From: Candidatus Uhrbacteria bacterium
Lineage (GTDB): Bacteria; Patescibacteriota; Patescibacteriia; UBA9934; GWF2-40-263
DNA length: 64,000 bases
NCBI GenBank assembly: GCA_016188495.1
Contig: JACPHU010000002.1
Span: 7,363-71,362, forward strand
Direction: 5' to 3'
The translations under genes were made by a program, and so were the position numbers. The notes under the pieces were generated by a model. It ran no database searches. It was not told where the DNA came from and worked only from the letters and a program-made list of their open reading frames with translations. Positions 59,826 through 64,000 of this stretch are shown here, piece after piece (the stretch's first letter is position 1; each line of letters begins with the position of its first letter).

Positions 59826-61803
59826 TGTCGTTAAGCAAAAAAGGAGACGCACGCGTCTTGTGCGAATGATTTTGTTGTTCGTTTTTTTCGCGATTCTTTT
59901 CTGGACGATGGCCCTTCTGGCGGCTTCTGCTTACGTTGCCGTTCACATGTTTGATGCAAAGCAAGACATGCTTGAGGCAAAAGAGTTTGCTCAAGAGTTA
60001 ATCTTCGAAGACGCACAGGTTGCTTTACAGCACGCCGTAGATTCGTTTGATTCTGCAAGAGTAGGTTTGTCGGTTATTGCCTCCGTGCAATGGATTCCTG
60101 TTGTGGGTCGTTCTGTTGAATTGTTTGTCGATAGTATTCATTCGAGCGAGTTGTTTATTGAGGCGTTGATTCCTTTGTTTGATTTAGGCGACGATCTAGT
60201 GCGTTTATCAGGTTTGTCAAAGGAAGAGCTGATGAAGATGCAGCAAGGTATGACTCCTGAGATCACGTTTGGCGATCTTTCTTCGGAAACCAAGCAGGCA
60301 ATTTTGGCCCGCCTAAGCGCTTCTGCCGAAGACCTGGATTTACTCCTTGCACGCATGGATATCGTAAATGAAGAACTGCTTTTATTATCAGAAGATGTCC
60401 AGATACAACCCTTTCTCGTTTTTTTGGATCCCATAAAACAGCAGTTGGATCAAATGCGAGCATCTTTAAGTATTCTTTCTATTGGAGCACGCCTTTTGCC
60501 TGATTTTGCTGGATTAGATCAACCAGCCACGCTATTGCTCCTTTTTTTGAATAATACAGAACTTAGACCTGCCGGAGGTTTTATCGGTTCTTACGGTGTT
60601 CTTAAAACATTTTCTGGAGATATTTCCCAGTTGGAAACAGCAGACGTTTACACTCTTGACGATGCAGCCGCATCCAAGATTCAACGGACGGCCCCTACAC
60701 CTTTGCAAACCTATAACGCGACAACGAAATGGTTTTTCCGAGATGCGAATTGGTCTCCGGATTTTCCTGCTTCCTCCCAAGCAGCAATGTCTCTTTTTCT
60801 TGAAGAGGTAGGTTTTATTGAGGATCTTACCGAAATTCCTTCATCAAAAGCGTTTGACGGAGTCATTGGGATCACTCCAGATTATGTCGCTGATCTTTTG
60901 GTTCTGACGGGTCCTATCACGATCGGGTCTCAAACGTTTACGAGCGAAAATATTATTGACGCGCTCGAATATCAGGTTGAATTTGGCTATAAAACTCAAG
61001 GAATTCCTGTTCATCAGCGAAAAGCTCTTTTAGCTGATTTGGTGAATGAGCTTAAATCACGTCTCTATCAGCTTCCTTCCAAGCGTTGGGAAGAAGTGCT
61101 TCGTGTGACCCAGAAAGCCCTCAAAGAAAAACAGCTTTTGCTTTACAGTACAAACAGTCAAACTCAAGAAATGTTGCAGAGTGTGGGATGGGCAGGTTCG
61201 GTAGCTTCTTCCACGAGCGATACACTCATGGTGGTGGACGCCAACCTCGCCAGTTTAAAATCAGATCCAGCGGTTGAGCGTTCTGTGCAGTATGAGCTGT
61301 TTAAAAATGCTTCAGAGCAGTGGATTGGAAGAGTCTCTATTACCTATAACCATAAGGGAGTATTTGATTGGAAAACGACTCGTTATCGAACGTATACCAG
61401 AGTTTATCTTCCCCTTGGATCAACGCTTATTCGCTCTCGTGGAAGCTGGCTAAATGACAAAACACAAAATCCAACCAAGGCCGTGGGTCCTGTAGATCAA
61501 GTGGACGAATTGGGTTTTACTTCATTTGGAACATTTACGTCTGTGGAGCCAGGCGAACAAAGTATGCTGGTATTTGAGTTTCAGCCCTCCACTCAAGTGA
61601 TCCAACAAATTGAAGTAGATCAGTATGATTTAACGGTTCTGAAACAGGCCGGGGCTCAGAATAATGCGTTGACGATCGACCTCGATTTTGATAAGAATGT
61701 GACACACGCGAGACCTTCCGAGGATGCTCAACAATGGGGAGATGATAGATATCGTTTGAACACCATTTTAGATCAAGACCTAGAAATTTACGTGTCATTG
61801 TAA
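59785..61803 (+). CDS. DUF4012-domain protein
   Basis: NNTELRPAGGFIGSYG, RDANWSPDFP and YTRVYLP motifs. Confidence 0.85.
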   Translation: MSHTTNFLHHTQTDVVKQKRRRTRLVRMILLFVFFAILFWTMALLAASAYVAVHMFDAKQDMLEAKEFAQELIFEDAQVALQHAVDSFDSARVGLSVIASVQWIPVVGRSVELFVDSIHSSELFIEALIPLFDLGDDLVRLSGLSKEELMKMQQGMTPEITFGDLSSETKQAILARLSASAEDLDLLLARMDIVNEELLLLSEDVQIQPFLVFLDPIKQQLDQMRASLSILSIGARLLPDFAGLDQPATLLLLFLNNTELRPAGGFIGSYGVLKTFSGDISQLETADVYTLDDAAASKIQRTAPTPLQTYNATTKWFFRDANWSPDFPASSQAAMSLFLEEVGFIEDLTEIPSSKAFDGVIGITPDYVADLLVLTGPITIGSQTFTSENIIDALEYQVEFGYKTQGIPVHQRKALLADLVNELKSRLYQLPSKRWEEVLRVTQKALKEKQLLLYSTNSQTQEMLQSVGWAGSVASSTSDTLMVVDANLASLKSDPAVERSVQYELFKNASEQWIGRVSITYNHKGVFDWKTTRYRTYTRVYLPLGSTLIRSRGSWLNDKTQNPTKAVGPVDQVDELGFTSFGTFTSVEPGEQSMLVFEFQPSTQVIQQIEVDQYDLTVLKQAGAQNNALTIDLDFDKNVTHARPSEDAQQWGDDRYRLNTILDQDLEIYVSL

Positions 61804-62001
61804 AATTTTTTTCTAAAATTGATGAGATTTCGTTGAATGGGGAAACCCGTCCGAACGGACATAAGGCCGGGCGGGTTGGCGACAGAGCTGTATTCACATA
61901 CAGTGACCCTTCGATAGACTCAGGATCAGTCTGAGCTTGTCGAAGACTGACGAGCCAATGGGGCCCCATGAAACGAAAGATCGCAATTTTAGAAAAAATT
62001 T
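61803..62001 (-). repeat. Hairpin element family, copy A10 (before mreB)
   Basis: AT-rich IR TTTTTTCTAAAATTG/CAATTTTAGAAAAAA; GATGAGAT...AGATCG core; interior shared with A7; ends about 5 nt before the mreB ATG. Confidence 0.88.
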
Positions 62002-62006
62002 GTATT

Positions 62007-63011
62007 ATGTTTCAAAGAAAAATTGGTATTGATTTGGGAACAACGACAGTATTGGTGTATGTCCCTAAGCGAGGGATTATTATTCACGAACCTTCTGTCG
62101 TTGCTGTTTCATGTATAGATAAGAAGGTACTAGCTGTAGGAAAAGAGGCAAAAGACATGTTGGGGCGCACTCCTGACACAATCGTCGCTCGTCGCCCTCT
62201 TAAAGATGGGGTCATTGCAGACTATCGAACGACCGAGGCGATGCTGCGTTATTTTATTAACAAAGCGTTGGGTGGCGTCCGATTATTCCGTCCCGAGGTT
62301 ATGGTGGCTGTTCCGGGGGGTATTACTTCTACAGAACGTCGTGCAGTGATTGATGCCACCTTGGCGGCCGGTGCCAAAGCGGCGTACATCATTAAAGAAC
62401 CGATCGTGGCGGCGATTGGAGCCAATATCCCTATCGGTTCTCCTTCGGGGCATATGATTATTGATATCGGAGGAGGGACTTCTGAAATGGCCGTGATTTC
62501 TCTTGGGGGAATTGTCGCTTCGGAATCTGTGCGTATCGGAGGCGTGAAATTTGACTCTTCTATTTCTGAGTATATTCGTCGAAAGTATGGACTTGCGGTA
62601 GGAGAGCGCACTGCGGAAGATATTAAAATCCAAATTGGCGCCGCTATGTATTTACCAGATAAGCTGGTCATGGAAGTAAAAGGTCGCGATATGGTGACGG
62701 GGCTGCCAAAAATCATTGAAGTCACCTCAGACGATGTGACAGCAGCCATTCAAAATGAGCTCGAAGGAATCATTAACACTGTCAAGGAGGTGCTTCATAA
62801 AACCCCTCCGGAGCTTTCCGCCGATGTGATGGATAAAGGAATTGTTCTTTCTGGTGGATCTTCTCAGTTGCGGAATTTAGATATGTTGATTGCCGAAGCC
62901 ACAGGTGTTCCAACCTTTTTGGCCGAGGATCCTCAGCAGTGCGTGGCAAAGGGAACAGGGATTGCTCTAGAGAATTTGGAGGCGTATAAGCGATCTATTT
63001 TTACGTCTTAG
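62007..63011 (+). CDS. mreB: Rod shape-determining protein MreB
   Basis: IGIDLGT, EPSVVA, PLKDGVIAD and DIGGGT motifs. Confidence 0.96.
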   Translation: MFQRKIGIDLGTTTVLVYVPKRGIIIHEPSVVAVSCIDKKVLAVGKEAKDMLGRTPDTIVARRPLKDGVIADYRTTEAMLRYFINKALGGVRLFRPEVMVAVPGGITSTERRAVIDATLAAGAKAAYIIKEPIVAAIGANIPIGSPSGHMIIDIGGGTSEMAVISLGGIVASESVRIGGVKFDSSISEYIRRKYGLAVGERTAEDIKIQIGAAMYLPDKLVMEVKGRDMVTGLPKIIEVTSDDVTAAIQNELEGIINTVKEVLHKTPPELSADVMDKGIVLSGGSSQLRNLDMLIAEATGVPTFLAEDPQQCVAKGTGIALENLEAYKRSIFTS

Positions 63012-63036
63012 TATTATTTTTTAAATTTTTTTTATA

Positions 63037-63115
63037 CCCTGAGCTTGTCGAAGGGGCAAAGTATTTTTTACTATTCACCCTTCGACTACGCTCCCTTGGG
63101 TCGCTTCGCTCAGGG
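63037..63115. repeat. Pair of inverted TGAGC/TCGAA palindromic units
   Basis: cccTGAGCttgTCGAAggg (63037-63055) and cccTTCGA...GCTCAggg (63078-63115). Confidence 0.8.
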
Positions 63116-63129
63116 AATATTCACATTTT

Positions 63130-64000
63130 ATGGATTCAGAATTAAATTTTCTTGATTCAAAAGCTTCTGTCATCTACGGAATTGATGCTCTTTCTGCAAA
63201 TAAAGAGAATCGAACAGGTGTAGAAAATTACAGCCGTTCTTTGATTCAATCCTTAAAAAACCACCCGCTTCAAAAGGATGAACGGGTGGTTTTATATTCG
63301 CTTTCTTCACTTGATGAGGAATTAAACAAGCTCCCTCAAGGGTGGTCTGCAAAGATTCTTTCTTGGTTTTTAAAACGTGGGTGGATGTCGATCCGGATGA
63401 GTTGGGAAATGATTTTTCATGCCCCTACCGTGTTGTTTGTTCCCGGTCAAGCGTTGCCTATTTTTTGTCCTCGCAGGGTTCTGACCACGATTCATGATGT
63501 GGCCTTTGCTCGCCGTCCTGATCTGTATGACCCTGTGGTACGCAAACGTCTCACACGAGTGACTAAACAAGCCGTAAAAAAAGCCACGCGCATTCTCGTT
63601 CCCTCACAGGCAACCAAGGACGATTTGGTTGAACTTTATAACGTTGATCCAGATCGGGTGACAGTGGTTCATTTGGCGGCGGACACGACTTTGTATCACC
63701 CCTACACCTCCCAGGAAGCCGCTTCTGTTTTGCAGAAATATCGACTCGGAACCAATTTTTTTCTTGTTGTGGGCCGATTAGAAAAAAAGAAAAATATCAC
63801 CACACTTATTCGGGCTTTTGAATTGTTTAAAAGCCGTCGTGGTGTTGGGGATCCCTTTGAACTTGTCTTTGCCGGGGAGCCGGGTTATGGCTATGAAAAG
63901 ATGAAGGCTTACTTTGATCTTTCTCCTGTTAAGTCTCACATTCGCCAGCTTGGCTATGTTCCAGATGAGGACCTGGCTCCTTTGATGAGCCAGGCGACGG
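63130..64000 (+). CDS. GT4-family glycosyltransferase, 3'-truncated by the window edge (absent from the ORF track)
   Basis: Own translation: MDSELNF...GIDA...RTGVENY...TTIHDV...VGRLEKKKN. Confidence 0.85.
   Translation, partial: MDSELNFLDSKASVIYGIDALSANKENRTGVENYSRSLIQSLKNHPLQKDERVVLYSLSSLDEELNKLPQGWSAKILSWFLKRGWMSIRMSWEMIFHAPTVLFVPGQALPIFCPRRVLTTIHDVAFARRPDLYDPVVRKRLTRVTKQAVKKATRILVPSQATKDDLVELYNVDPDRVTVVHLAADTTLYHPYTSQEAASVLQKYRLGTNFFLVVGRLEKKKNITTLIRAFELFKSRRGVGDPFELVFAGEPGYGYEKMKAYFDLSPVKSHIRQLGYVPDEDLAPLMSQAT

Overview
This is bacterial chromosomal DNA in genetic code 11 (TGA is used as stop). It is most likely a Patescibacteria/CPR organism (inference from the short EF-Ts, archaeal-type UMP kinase, half-length TsaB, DUF3048/DUF4012 genes, a GT2/GT4 cluster and mostly SD-less starts). 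The coding content is mostly housekeeping: secE-nusG-rplK-rplA, gyrB, rodA, rplY, rpmE-prfA-prmC, queA, rpsB-tsf, gap-pgk-eno-gpmI, nth, mltG, UvrD/PcrA, malic enzyme, lexA, a divergent metK, xseAB, pyrH, rplJ-rplL and mreB, with self-contained orphan genes interspersed. I found no rRNA, tRNA, CRISPR array, transposase, integrase or reverse transcriptase. The outstanding signal is non-coding: 13 copies of a family of about 120-200 bp rod-like hairpin elements. They lie only between co-directional genes or in 5' leaders, usually ending 1-22 nt before a start codon and often abutting the upstream stop codon. Their terminal and internal stems differ in sequence between copies yet stay complementary (covariation). 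They share a CGATCT/ATCTCAT internal loop and a TA-flanked apical loop, and they have taken up several kinds of about 20-45 nt palindromic modules, one of which also occurs as a three-level nested structure. Also notable are a lexA promoter with two inverted GTTC-N7-GTTC boxes, a five-hairpin non-coding region of about 330 nt downstream of lexA, and a split between SD-led orphan genes and SD-less core genes.
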